DNA of 64,000 nucleotides from Chiloscyllium plagiosum (taxonomy: Eukaryota): positions 6,445,956-6,509,955 of the forward strand of contig NC_057752.1 in the NCBI RefSeq assembly GCF_004010195.1, given 5' to 3'. How positions within the stretch are numbered: position 1 is the stretch's first letter; every line of letters begins with the position of its first letter. The translations under genes were made by a program, and so were the position numbers. Positions 39,534 to 50,655 of this stretch are shown here, one piece after another. The notes under the pieces were generated by a model. The model searched no databases, was not told where the DNA came from, and saw only the letters and a program-made list of their open reading frames with translations.

Positions 39534-39719
39534 CTTGGCAATCTGAACACACCAGTTGAGAAGCAGCTGAGATTGGATGTTACCCTTGTTTTTGTGGAGA
39601 TATTCAAGCAGAGAGCCAAGTGGCAGGAGCTGCGTGACTATCTGGAGTGGTTCCCCAGGGCAGATTCCAAGAAGCCGTAAAACATGGTGGTGATCTAGAC
39701 TGCCCACCATCAGCATGTC
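39534..39719 (-). CDS. ERBB3: ERBB3 exon 20 homologue (alphaC, hinge)
   Basis: [62 protein letters not shown]; acceptor tttacag, donor gtaagc; 186 nt. Confidence 0.97.
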
Positions 39720-42211
39720 CTGTAAATAAAACAGTGCACACTATGAAACACCAACAGAGCACACACTAATAGTAGATCCCCTCCCTCTAAATTGACAGAT
39801 GTTACTAATTAAGTTAGAAATACAAAGATCTATTTTCTCCACCAGTGGTCAATTCCACGCTCCCTTTCTAAACTTGTAGGGCAGAGAATAAAAGACAGAC
39901 CCTCATAACCATAAACTTCAGTACAAGTAACTTGACCCTTAAGTTTACAGAACTTACCCACGACAGGGAAAGCCAACTCCTTATTGTTTTCTGGTCCAAA
40001 CTCTCTTTTATCTCAAGGGGAGACATTTCACATAAGAGGCACTATCTTTGCCACATCTCCCCACCTCTTACTTCTGCTCTTCTGATTCACTCCTGTTGTT
40101 ATGCTCAGATCCCAAGCAAGGTTCTCCAATTTATTATGATTCTAGATGGAGTACCCCAGATTGTTAAGCTCCTGGGAAAGGAGGGATGAACTGGCTTGCT
40201 TTCTTTATTCATCTGTTCCATCATTTGGTTACAAAACGGTTAATTTAAATGCATAGATTCCTTCTCTTGTGCATACCTTAAATTAACTTACATTTTAAAA
40301 GCAGCCAATTTAACCAGATTTTCTTGACTAAACCAATTAATTAATTACTAAACAGAAGAAGAATTAGTAACACAACACACGTGCAAATAGATTAGAAATA
40401 ACAGGCAAGCCCAAAAAGATACAAGTTTAGAGAACAATATACAAATTGTTTGTGAAGAGCGGACAGTTGAACATTACGGCCATTACAGCAGAGGTCACTA
40501 GTATCTTGGTAACTGAACAGTCAATTTCAAGATTCTTAGTTTTTCAGATTGGTTGAGATTCTGTTATTTTGACTACTTTCAACTATAACTGAACTCCAGC
40601 TTTCAGAGCAAGACAGAATCCTTTAGTTGTCTGGTTTCCATTTGTCTGGCTTACTAATTAGCTGGCTGCTAGCACTCAGAGTGAGAGGGTTCATTTACCT
40701 GCCACATAGGGGAGACGAGGGGATAGTTCTTCAATTCCAAGAACATTCACTAGCATCATCCAGTTATTAATCCCTGTCTCTGTGTATTCTTCAAAGGGTA
40801 AACCACAAAATGTGTCTACAGTTTGGGACATAATCCGCATAGGGTTATCAATCCCTTGTTACCTTTGTAGTCACAAGAGATCACAGTCCAGTCTGTTTTG
40901 ATTTGCCTCTTTCACCTTTTGAGGGTCATTGTTTTAAGTTACTTTCGTATCTTTAGTTTTGATGCTCTGTGGGTCTCTCTTTCTCCACACAAACACTCAA
41001 TTTAATTCTACAACCATTTTTGCCTGTATTAACACTCTTAAAAAATACATTTTGGATTTACAAACTCAAGATGCTTAGAGTACGTTGGGGTTCTGGACCT
41101 ATGGTCATCACAGTACTAACATTGTGGTAATTTTACAAATTCTCTGCACTGTTATTTGTCCTTCAAAGGTTGACAGTACAGACTGAGGCTGTGTCAAAAC
41201 TGTAATATTAATAGCCCACTCTTTAAAAAATATTCATGTGACTGGATATTATTTCCTAAGTCAGAAAATGACAGGCTGGTTATTGAAAGAGCTTCCTAGC
41301 TAAGAGATAGAAAATTCTGGTCCTATTTTAAGATGGTTACCTACTATCCAATACGAGATACAGAATAAAGCCATGGAGGAACCAGATAAATTACAATGCC
41401 CGGTTAGCTTTGGATTGGACAATATCAGTATCCCTGGCTTCCCATTTGCCATTCCATAAACGTGAACTCATTTAAGCTGCTTGGATCCTAACTCTCATCA
41501 AGTCCAGTTCACCCTTCATCTCTGTATTTACTGACCTGTTTGACACTTAGACCGCTGATACCTCAATTTTAAAATCTTCATCTTCAAATCACTTGGTAGC
41601 CTCATCCCCCAATGCCTCTGTAACCTCCTCCAGTCCTACAACCCTCCAAAATCTCTGTACTCCTCCAATGTTGGCTTCTCACACATCCCCAATTTTGATT
41701 ATTTCACCATTCACAATTATGCCTTCAGCGGCCTGGGACCTAAACCCTGAAATTCAGTCTCTAAACTACTCCATTTTCTTTCTCTCTTTTACAGCACTTT
41801 TTAGAACCTACTTCTTCAACCAAGCTTTTGACCACCTGCCCTAATACATCCTTATGTAGCTTCATATTAAGGAAGTGTTCTCTGATAACACATTATCACA
41901 ACATTTCACAATTAAACATGTTATATAGATGAGAGTTGTTGTTCAATACTTCAGCTGTACGTTCCAACTGGGCTCATAATTTTGTTTTTAAGTTGGTTTT
42001 GCTCCACCAATATTCTTCCATCCTCTCCTTTCTTCAGAAACAGTTCCATAAGTATTGAACATGTGCTCAAGGTCTGCGCTGTTTGCATCACCGATGGAGC
42101 TTGACACTGGATCCTGAAGGCCGGAGGTCAGATCATGCCCTTTGAACAGTTAGTCCTGGCCTTTCCGAAGGGTCAGGGGACAGTACTTCCTCTACTATTT
42201 TAGATTGAAAG

Positions 42212-42326
42212 TACAGCTCCCCCTATGCTGTCCCCATCAAATACTCCCAGGACAGGGACAGCACAGGTTAGGTACAGAGTAAAGCTGTCTCTACGCTGTT
42301 CCTCATCAAACACTCCCAGGACAGGA
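42212..42326. repeat. Short remnant (under two units) of a roughly 70-bp satellite-like repeat
   Basis: gctgtccccatcaaatactcccaggacagg recurs as gctgttcctcatcaaacactcccaggacagg about 69 bp downstream. Confidence 0.65.
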
Positions 42327-42385
42327 GTACTGATCGGAGGCATGATTTGGCGGTGCTGGTGTCGGACTGGGGTGTACCACGTTAT

Positions 42386-43275
42386 AACAGAAAATGTGTT
42401 GCTGGAAAAGCGCAGCAGGTCAGGCAGCATCCAAGGAACAGGAGAATCGACGTTTCGGGCATAAGCCCTTCTTCAGGAATGAGGAAAGTGTGTCCAGCAG
42501 GCTAAGATAAAAGGTAGGGAGGAGGGACTTGGGGGAGGGGTTTTGGAAATGCGATAGGTGGAGGGAGGCCAAGGTGAGGGTGATAGGCCGCCGGTTGGCC
42601 CAGAGGTGCTCTCTGAATCGCTCTGCAAGTAGGCGGCCTGTCTCCCCAATATAGAGGAGGCCACACCGGCTGCAGCGGATGCAGTAGATGATGTGGGTGG
42701 AGGTGCAGGTGAATCTGTGGCGGATATGGAAGTTTCCCTTGGGGCCTTGGAGAGAAGTGAGGGGGGAGGTGTGGGCGCAAGTGTTGCACCTCCTGCGGTT
42801 GCAAGGGAAGGTGCCGGGAGTGGTGGTTGGGTCGGTGGGGGGTGTGGAGCTGACAGGGGAGTCGCGGAGGGAGTGGTCTCTACGGAAAGCTGGTAGGGGA
42901 GGGGAGGGAAATATATCCTTGGTGCTGGGGTCTGTTTGGGGGTGGCGGAAGTGACGGCGGATGATGCGCTGTACATGGAGATTTCTGTTTGGAGGTGGCG
43001 GAAGTGACGGCGGGTGATGCGCTGTACATGGAGATTGGTGGGGTGGTAGGTGTGGACCAGTGGGGTTCTGTCCTGGTGGGGTTTGGAGGGGCGGGGCTCA
43101 AGGGCGGAGGAGCGGGAAGTGGAAGAGATGCGGTGGAGGGCATCGTCGACTATGTCTGGTGGGAAATTGCGGTCCTTGAAGAAGGAGGCCATCTGGGTTG
43201 TACGGTTTTGGAATTGGTCCTCCTGGGAGCAGATGCGGCGGAGACGAAGGAATTGGGAATATGGGATGGCGTATG
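42386..43275 (-). mobile_element. Penelope-like retroelement 3' part: RT thumb, Cys-rich linker, GIY-YIG endonuclease (truncated) and terminal repeat with hammerhead core
   Basis: MASFFKDRNFPPDIVDDAL...RTPLVHTYHP; hand translation FPCNRRRCNTC and FTCTSTHIIYCIRCSRCGLLYIGETGRLLAERFREHL (GIY-YIG signature); internal tandem duplication around 42940-43035. Confidence 0.9.
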
Positions 43276-44244
43276 GGATGTACCAAGTTATAAATCACAC
43301 AACACTAGGTTATAGTCCGACAGGTTTATTTGAAAGCACGAGCTTTTGGAGTGCTGCTCCTTCATCAGGTGGTTATGGAGTATAAGATCGTAAAACAGAA
43401 TTTATAGCAAAAGTTTACAGTGTGCTGCAACTGAAATGATACTTTGAAAAAGACTTGGTTTTGTTTGTTAAGTCTCTCACCTTTTAGAATGACCATGTTG
43501 CTTTCAGTTCTTTCATATGTAAATTCCAGAACTTTTTTTAAAGTTACATTCTCAAGTGAACATTAACAATAGTTGCCATTTCAGTAGAGATAATGGATTT
43601 TTTTTAAGGTGAGAGGAGAAAGATATAAAAAAGACCTGAGGGGCAATTTTTTTTACACAGAGTGGTTCATGTGTGGAATGAACTTCCAGAGGAAGTTGTG
43701 GATGTGGGTACAGTTACAATGTTTAAAAGACATTTGGATAAGTACAAGAATAGGAAGGGTTTAGAGGGATATGGGCCAAATGCGGGCAGGTGGGAGTAGT
43801 TTAGTTTGGGAACATGATCGGCATGGATTGGTTGGATCAAAGGGTCTGTTTTCATGCTGTATTACTCAATGTGCAGGACAACAAAATTAAAGCCAACTTC
43901 TCTAATATTTTGTGAGGACATGCTCTTCTAGTGGCTCAGCGTGACAATAAGCCATCAATCATATTCAGTTGGCCAGTGATGAATTCATTGATATCAGCCG
44001 AGTCTGCACAAGGAATCTTAGTGGCATGGGTTAGAGAAGGGAAATCTGTCTAGGCTCTTTTCCATGCTCACTTATCCAGCAATATTTACTTGGGCCCAGA
44101 TGTGATGCCCCCATGGTTCAAAATCCTCTTATTACTAATTAGAGTTTACACATGCCAAATAATAACTTACACAATAAACCAGAAGGCTGCTAGTTAGGAT
44201 TCATGCATGAATTTTCACATAGACCTGAAGGAAAGCAGACTTAC

Positions 44245-44343
44245 TTCACTCACGCCTCTTGAAGTCTCACAGTCACGCCCTTCCTGCAGGACTTTGATGG
44301 CCACTGGAATCTTCACAGTCTCTCCCTCAGGAATCCAGAGCCC
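44245..44343 (-). CDS. ERBB3: ERBB3 exon 19 homologue (beta3 Lys, start of alphaC)
   Basis: GLWIPEGETVKIPVAIKVLQEGRDCETSRGVSE; acceptor tttttag, donor gtaagt; 99 nt. Confidence 0.97.
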
Positions 44344-44747
44344 CTAAAAACAGGAACATTATCAGATCATCAACAGTAAAGGTGAATTTCCAATAGCATT
44401 GGATCTGGCTCAATACCATATGACCAGTCTGACACTGTTAGTTAAGCCAAACATCACTTCATCCCTGAACTGTTTACACAAAGATCTTTATCAGCAATTT
44501 CACATCCTGTCACTGAAACTCTTTCCAAGGTATCACAGTGTCTCACCAAGAAATGTTAGCAAGTTTAGGTTGGTAAATGAGCAACCTGATTCCACTCTTG
44601 CATCAGTTCTATATTGACATAAGTACATTGTCTTACCTTAAATTCCTGTACTGTATTGAGAAGCTAAAAGTCACTTAGAATAGAATCTGTTCTTGTGTAA
44701 GAAGTGAAAACAGTTCATCACTTGGAGATGCCAGTGTTGGACTGGGG

Positions 44748-44926
44748 TGTACAAAGTTAAAAATCACACAACACCAGGTTATAGTCCAACAGGTTTAATT
44801 GGAAGCACTAGCTTTCGGAGCGACGCTCCTTCATCAGGTAGTTGTCAGCGGCACTCCGAAAGCTAGTGCTTCCAATTAAACCTGTTGGACTATAACCTGG
44901 TGTTGTGTGATTTTTAACTTTGTACA
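44748..44926. repeat. Perfect 73-bp inverted repeat (third Penelope-derived family) in ERBB3 intron 18
   Basis: 44748-44820 is the exact reverse complement of 44854-44926, with a 33-nt spacer; a related non-palindromic copy lies at about 43277-43380. Confidence 0.9.
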
Positions 44927-45628
44927 TCCCACTGTTAACAAGCTGCACACATTTATAACAATATCTCCCTAATTTTGGCATCATGCAAATCAAGCAGTAT
45001 CAATGTCAGATCTAGAGGGACTGGTCATTTGTTTTGGTTTGGTCAATAATAAGTTGCCTAAACAAAATAGGCAGGAATGCATAATTTGCAAAGAATGGTC
45101 TTTAAACAAAAAGTAAGCAGTCTGAGTAGAGACCAGGGGTATATTCGACTGCTTGTTAATACTCATTAAAAAAAAGAGTATGAGGATCATGTGGGGAAAG
45201 TACCATATAGTTGCATAGGATCTTTTGGGGTGGGGCAAGGCAAAGGTCATAAAATTAGTCTGCAGTCTCTACTAGAAGTACTGGATCATGTAACCATGCA
45301 CATAGGTCACAGGGATTTTATCCTGGAGGCTTGGGTGGGGCTGTCTTCCATCTTCTTTTGAACCAATAATAATTTTCTCACTGCACATTAATAGCTATTC
45401 ATTTCTTTGGTTTTGTTCTGAATGTAAAGCCATATATAATTGATAATTGAAGTGACCATCAACTTCAACTGCAAGAGAAAGGAATGCCCCTTCTCAGCCA
45501 TGTAGTTACAATTCAGCTGTCCTGAGCATCACAGGAACACCTCAACACCACTTTTTCAGAAAATTGACGTTTAAAGAAAGGGAGCATTGACTTTGTAATT
45601 TCACACATACAATCCTTCCCCAAATTAC

Positions 45629-45751
45629 CTTGTACACTGTTCCAAATACTCCAGATCCCAGAACCTTAACTTTCCGCAATTCTGTCTCCTTCAGAATTCG
45701 TGTGTTTACTTGATTGGGCGAGTCAGCATTGGGATCAAGGGGCTCAAGTAT
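45629..45751 (-). CDS. ERBB3: ERBB3 exon 18 homologue (JM-B latch, Gly-rich loop)
   Basis: [41 protein letters not shown]; acceptor tttcattag, donor gtaatt; 123 nt, phase 0-0. Confidence 0.97.
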
Positions 45752-46016
45752 CTAATGAAAAGAAACGAAAATCATCAAGTCGAAATGTCATCCTTCTATC
45801 AGTAATGGAGATGACTCCATCTAAATCCATGAAGTGAACTTTTCCCAACTGCTCATGAAGTTTAATATTTCTTTGTGTTTACTCAGCCCATGCAACTAAC
45901 AAGATTTAGTGAAGCTCCATGCAACCTTGAGAAAACAAGTTCAACTCAAATATAGTGGCTTCACTCACACTTCGAAAAACTCCCCCCCTAAAGCAATCAA
46001 TCTGTGGACCTCTTAC

Positions 46017-46152
46017 CTCAGTCTCCAAGTATCGACGCATTGCTCTCTTCTTCCGAATGATCTGCCTTCTCCAGTAAATGAGGCCCAGCAGCACCACAAG
46101 CATCACAGCCATCTGCCCTCCAACCACTGCTGCCACAATCTGAGGGATTTGT
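46017..46152 (-). CDS. ERBB3: ERBB3 exon 17 homologue (transmembrane helix and basic juxtamembrane segment)
   Basis: QIPQIVAAVVGGQMAVMLVVLLGLIYWRRQIIRKKRAMRRYLETE; acceptor aacacag, donor gtaaga; 136 nt, phase 2-0. Confidence 0.96.
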
Positions 46153-46848
46153 CTGTGTTCAAAACAATGCATGTCAAAGCAGGTGTGTCACACACAATGG
46201 AGCATGAAATTTCTGTTGTTCATGTTTCCTTGAATATTGAGTAACCACATGCAAGCAAGAGGTTAGAACAAGGGAAGCCACCCGGACCTTTAAAACATAT
46301 CAAATTCACTGTCAGAAAAGAGAAAAGTGTTTGTTAAAAGTTGCAGAAATGAATAAGGGCATTTGGAAAATGGCTAGAACTCATGGAGACATTTGTGAAA
46401 CTGTTAAGGTAGAATGTATCCTGGTAACCTGTTAGTTTACACTGCTTGTCTCACACCAGCATTTGCAGGGTCAAGCTCCCCATGGAATAAGGAACAGCTC
46501 CTCATGCTTGGAACCAATTTTCTTTGCTCGTTTTCTGATGCAACTGATTCTTGCAAGGAAAGCGTATTGCAGGTATCTGCTTCCCTGCAGTGTCTCCACA
46601 AAATGGCCATTTTTTATGTGACTGTACCCAGCAGATGTCAGCTATTTACTTATAGGGAATAAGAAGGTGTAGGTGCACTGTAGGAACGGGCAGCCAGCGA
46701 TGCAAACATCCCATGAATGAATAACAAAACATCAAATGAGACTGTCTTCCAATAACATGAATTTCCCAACAAATGCTAATTGGGAGCGGAAACTATGTTT
46801 TACCCCTCCCTAACCCAGAGGATGCAATATATTGGCCATGGTATGAAC

Positions 46849-47058
46849 CAGAGTCAAGATTAGAGTGGTGCTGGAAAAGCACAGCTGCTCTGGCAGCATC
46901 CGAGGAGCAGGAAAATTGAGGTTTCAGGCAAAAGCCCTTCATCAGGAATGGCCGAAACGTCGATTTTCCTGTTCCTTGGATGCTGCCTGACCTGCTGTGC
47001 TTTTCCAGCACCACTCTAATCTAAACTCTGGTTTCCAGCATCTGCAGTCCTCACTTTT
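46849..47058. mobile_element. Penelope-derived fold-back insertion with 14-bp TSD
   Basis: gccatggtatgaac at 46835-46848 and 47059-47072 flanks an inverted pair of the gctggaaaagcacagc terminal repeat. Confidence 0.8.
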
Positions 47059-49732
47059 GCCATGGTATGAACAAGCTCTGTGCTGCTACTCACAAAACTC
47101 AGTAATCCAAGCCATAAGTAGCAAAGAGCAAAGTGCATCACAGTAATTAAGTTGATTAAATGTGGTCTTTAAAGCTCTGGGGAAGGAGGAGAATGAGGTA
47201 TGAAACAAAAATCACAGGGGATTTTCAGGTGTATACCAAACAAGAAGTTCATTATCCAATGAGCAGGAATTCCCCTGCTGACAGGACGGAAAACTTTGAA
47301 GATATGTTGCTTTATGTGGAAAAATGGTTAGGTTTGTCACTTCTCAGCAAACAAATACCAGTGTCAGCATTGCATTCCCAGGCTAGGAGCGGTACTGCTG
47401 CAGTGAGCATAAATCTCTCTCTGCTCTGCTTCAACCCGAGACACAGGTGGATACGTGCTTTCCATTTAGCAAACTGGGAGTTCAATTTTGGATGACATGG
47501 ATTTTAATATTTCTTTAACTCACAGAAGCTTACTGCACTGAAAGATGTTGGTCACCCCTTCATGCCTGTAGCAGCTCTCCATAGGAGCTACATTTCATTC
47601 CACTCATCTGCTCTTTTCCCATAGCTTTGTGAATGTTTACCTTTTATATTTGTATCCAATTTCCTTTTGACTGTTAGTAATGTTCCTATAATATTCAATT
47701 TAAATTCTGAGTTTATCATTAAACAAAAATGGCAAAGAACTGCAGATGCTGGAAATCAGAAACAAAGGTAGAAGCTGCCGGAAAATCACAGCAGAGTGAG
47801 CTTCAGTAGGTCTGGCAGCATCTGTGGAGAGAAAGCAGAGTTAATGTTTCTGATTCAGTGACCCTTCTTCAGAACATTCTGCTGAGATTTTCCAGCAATT
47901 TCTACTTTTGTTTCTGATTTCCAGCAATTTCTATTTTTGTTTCTGAGTTTATCATATTTGGACTTTCTCCAGATTGCATTCATCATCAGGTGTTTATATC
48001 ACCTGAAACCCTTTATTTTACTTTTGAATCTTAGCCCAAAAAGTGTAATCATTCTGCTTCTTTCCTTAATAGTTAGCATATGTTACACCTATCTTACTGG
48101 GTGACTTGTATATTGAAATATTTTTACACACTTATAGGAATCCCTTTGGAAATGGCACAAAACTATAGCAAAATATTTCTGATGAGACTTGATTTGTCAG
48201 AGGTTTATTCAGAATCAGGCAGCTTTATTTTGCTTATTACACTAAGCATTTGCGCTTGTCTTTAGAATCTGGCAAAATAAGCTAAAAATAGTTACAAAAT
48301 GATAAGGATTGCCATGCATCCTACTCTTCTCAGTCTGAGAAATATCCAGGCCATTAGATAAAACCAAACACTCAGCAAACTCCCAATGAAAATGTTGAAT
48401 GATTCCAGTGAAACATGAAACCAAATTAACATTGCTTTAAAAAAATACACAATAGCTAGCATAATCAAATGAGCAAATTATCTCTTATGGAAGGTTTTAG
48501 ATTTTTATATTTGCTTTTTTTTTATTCATTTGTCACTGACAAAACCAGCATTTACTGCCCATCCCTAAATGCCCTGAAGGTGGTGGTGAGCCGCCGCCTT
48601 CAACTGCTGCAGTCCTAAAGGACACTCACAGTGCTGCGAGGAAGGGACTTCCAGGATTTTGAACCTGTGACAGTGAAGGAATGATACATTTTCAAGTTAG
48701 GATGGTGTGTGACTTAGCAGAGAACCTGCACATGCTGGTATTCCCATGTATCTGCTTTCCCTGTCCTTCTAGGTGGCAGAGGTCTGGAAAATGCTGTTGA
48801 AGAAACCTTGGTGCTTTGCATCTTGTAGAAGTCACGCACTACTACTTTAATGCACTGGTGATGGAGGAAGCGAATATTTAAAGTCATGTGAATGACCTTA
48901 TGAGTAAACATTTTATCAATGATTTGTTTATAACAATAAATATTTTTTTATAAACAAATCATTGATCAAATGTTCATTCATATGACCTTGAATTCCTTTC
49001 TTTACAGAACTAAGGATTGGAAGTAATAAATTCAGTCTTCCTATTTATCCCTCCCTGAACAATGTTGCACAAGCTTCTAAGCTGCCCTAACAAGAAGCTA
49101 AGCATTCTTTTGTGAATTAACTTTCGCAAACATATTTTAGAATGGGAGCAAGAGTCACTGAGTAGCAGTAAAAACAGGACATTTTTTCTACTTTGAACTA
49201 GACTTCTTCTCCTGTTTGTTCAGTTTTCTTTTCTGATAAACTTTACTGACTAAGCTTCCAAGAAACCATTCAGCTGTACTGCATTTTCAGTGGCAGAGCA
49301 CAGTGGTAGAGGAGGGAATTACAGCAAGGACCACAGAGGGGTTGGAGAATGAAATATTATTTCCAATACTGCACATGCTTCTCTAGACAAACAAAACTTG
49401 GTCGGTGAGTAGGAGATTTCTCCACAGGTAATGAAAATGTTTGAACAATGACGTTGTAACACAGACAAACGTGAATGGTGTTTGCTGCAAAGTGAGCTTA
49501 CCTTACTCAGTGAATGCAAGATTAAGAGGAGACATACATTTTGTCACTCTGCTTTCTCCACTTTGGACACTCCATTATCTTTGTCTTTAAATTCGCACAA
49601 TAGAGAAAGGAAATAATTCATGTTTCTCAGCCAGACCTTTATACTATTTTTCCGAATGAGTAGGCAGGCAGTACTGTTCTGTGTTAAGGTGGTGTGAGAG
49701 AGGGGATTGGGTTGACTTGTTCTCATTTCCTA

Positions 49733-50655
49733 GGCAAAAGTGAGGACTGCAGATGCTGGAGATTAGAGTCGAGAGTGTGGAGCTGGAGAAGCACAGCAGG
49801 TCAGGCAGCATCCGAAGAGCAGGAAAAATCGACGTTTTGGGCAAAAGTACTTCACCAGGAGTGAGGCTGGGAGCCTCGGGGTGGAGAGATAAATGAGAGG
49901 GGGGTGGGGCTGNNNNNNNNNNNNNNNNNNNNNNNNNNNNNNNNNNNNNNNNNNNNNNNNNNNNNNNNNNNNNNNNNNNNNNNNNNNNNNNNNNNNNNNN
50001 NNNNNNNNNNNNNNNNNNNNNNNNNNNNNNNNNNNNNNNNNNNNCATTTCCGCCACCTACAAACGGACCCCACCACCAGAGATACATTTCCCTCCCCACC
50101 CCTATCCGCTTTCTGTAAAGACCATTTCCTCCACGACTACCTCGTCAGGTACCCTCCAACCCCAGGGCATCAATGTGGATTTCACCAGTTTCCACATTTC
50201 CCCTTCCCCCCACCTGACCCCAATTCCAACCTTCCAGCTCAGCACCGCCCTCATGACCTGTCCCACCTGTCAATCTCCCTTCCCACCTATCCGCTCCATC
50301 CTCCCCTCTGACCTATCACCTTTACCGGAGGAGAAAGTGAGGTCTGCAGATGCTGGAGATCAGAGCTGAAAATGTGTTGCTGGAAAAGCGCAGCGGGTCA
50401 GACAGCATCCAGGGAACAGGAGAATCGGCGTTTCGGGCATAAGCCCTTCTTCAGGAAGGGCTTTACCCCCACCTCCATCCATCTACTGCACTCTCAGCTA
50501 CCTTCCCCCCAGCCCCAAACCCTCCTATTTATCTCTCCGCCCCTGAGGTTCCCAGCCTCATTCCTAATGAAGGGCATTTGCCCGAAATGTCGACTTTCCC
50601 GCTCCTCAAATGCTGCCTGACCTGCTGTGCTTTTCCAGCACCACACTCTTGAATC
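49733..50655. mobile_element. Composite Penelope-like insertion spanning an assembly gap (N 49913-50044)
   Basis: HFRHLQTDPTTRDTFPSPPLSAF coding remnant plus three copies of the terminal repeat in both orientations. Confidence 0.8.

Noticed and set aside
49440..49600. Strong minus-strand donor (aag/gtaagc at about 49500) suggesting a third juxtamembrane exon
   Set aside because: No phase 2-2 open frame with the required cysteines upstream; treated as a cryptic site.
223..50655. Recurring palindromic repeat as a CRISPR-like array
   Set aside because: Copies are dispersed kilobases apart without regular spacers, have TSDs and are linked to a GIY-YIG retroelement; the DNA is eukaryotic.
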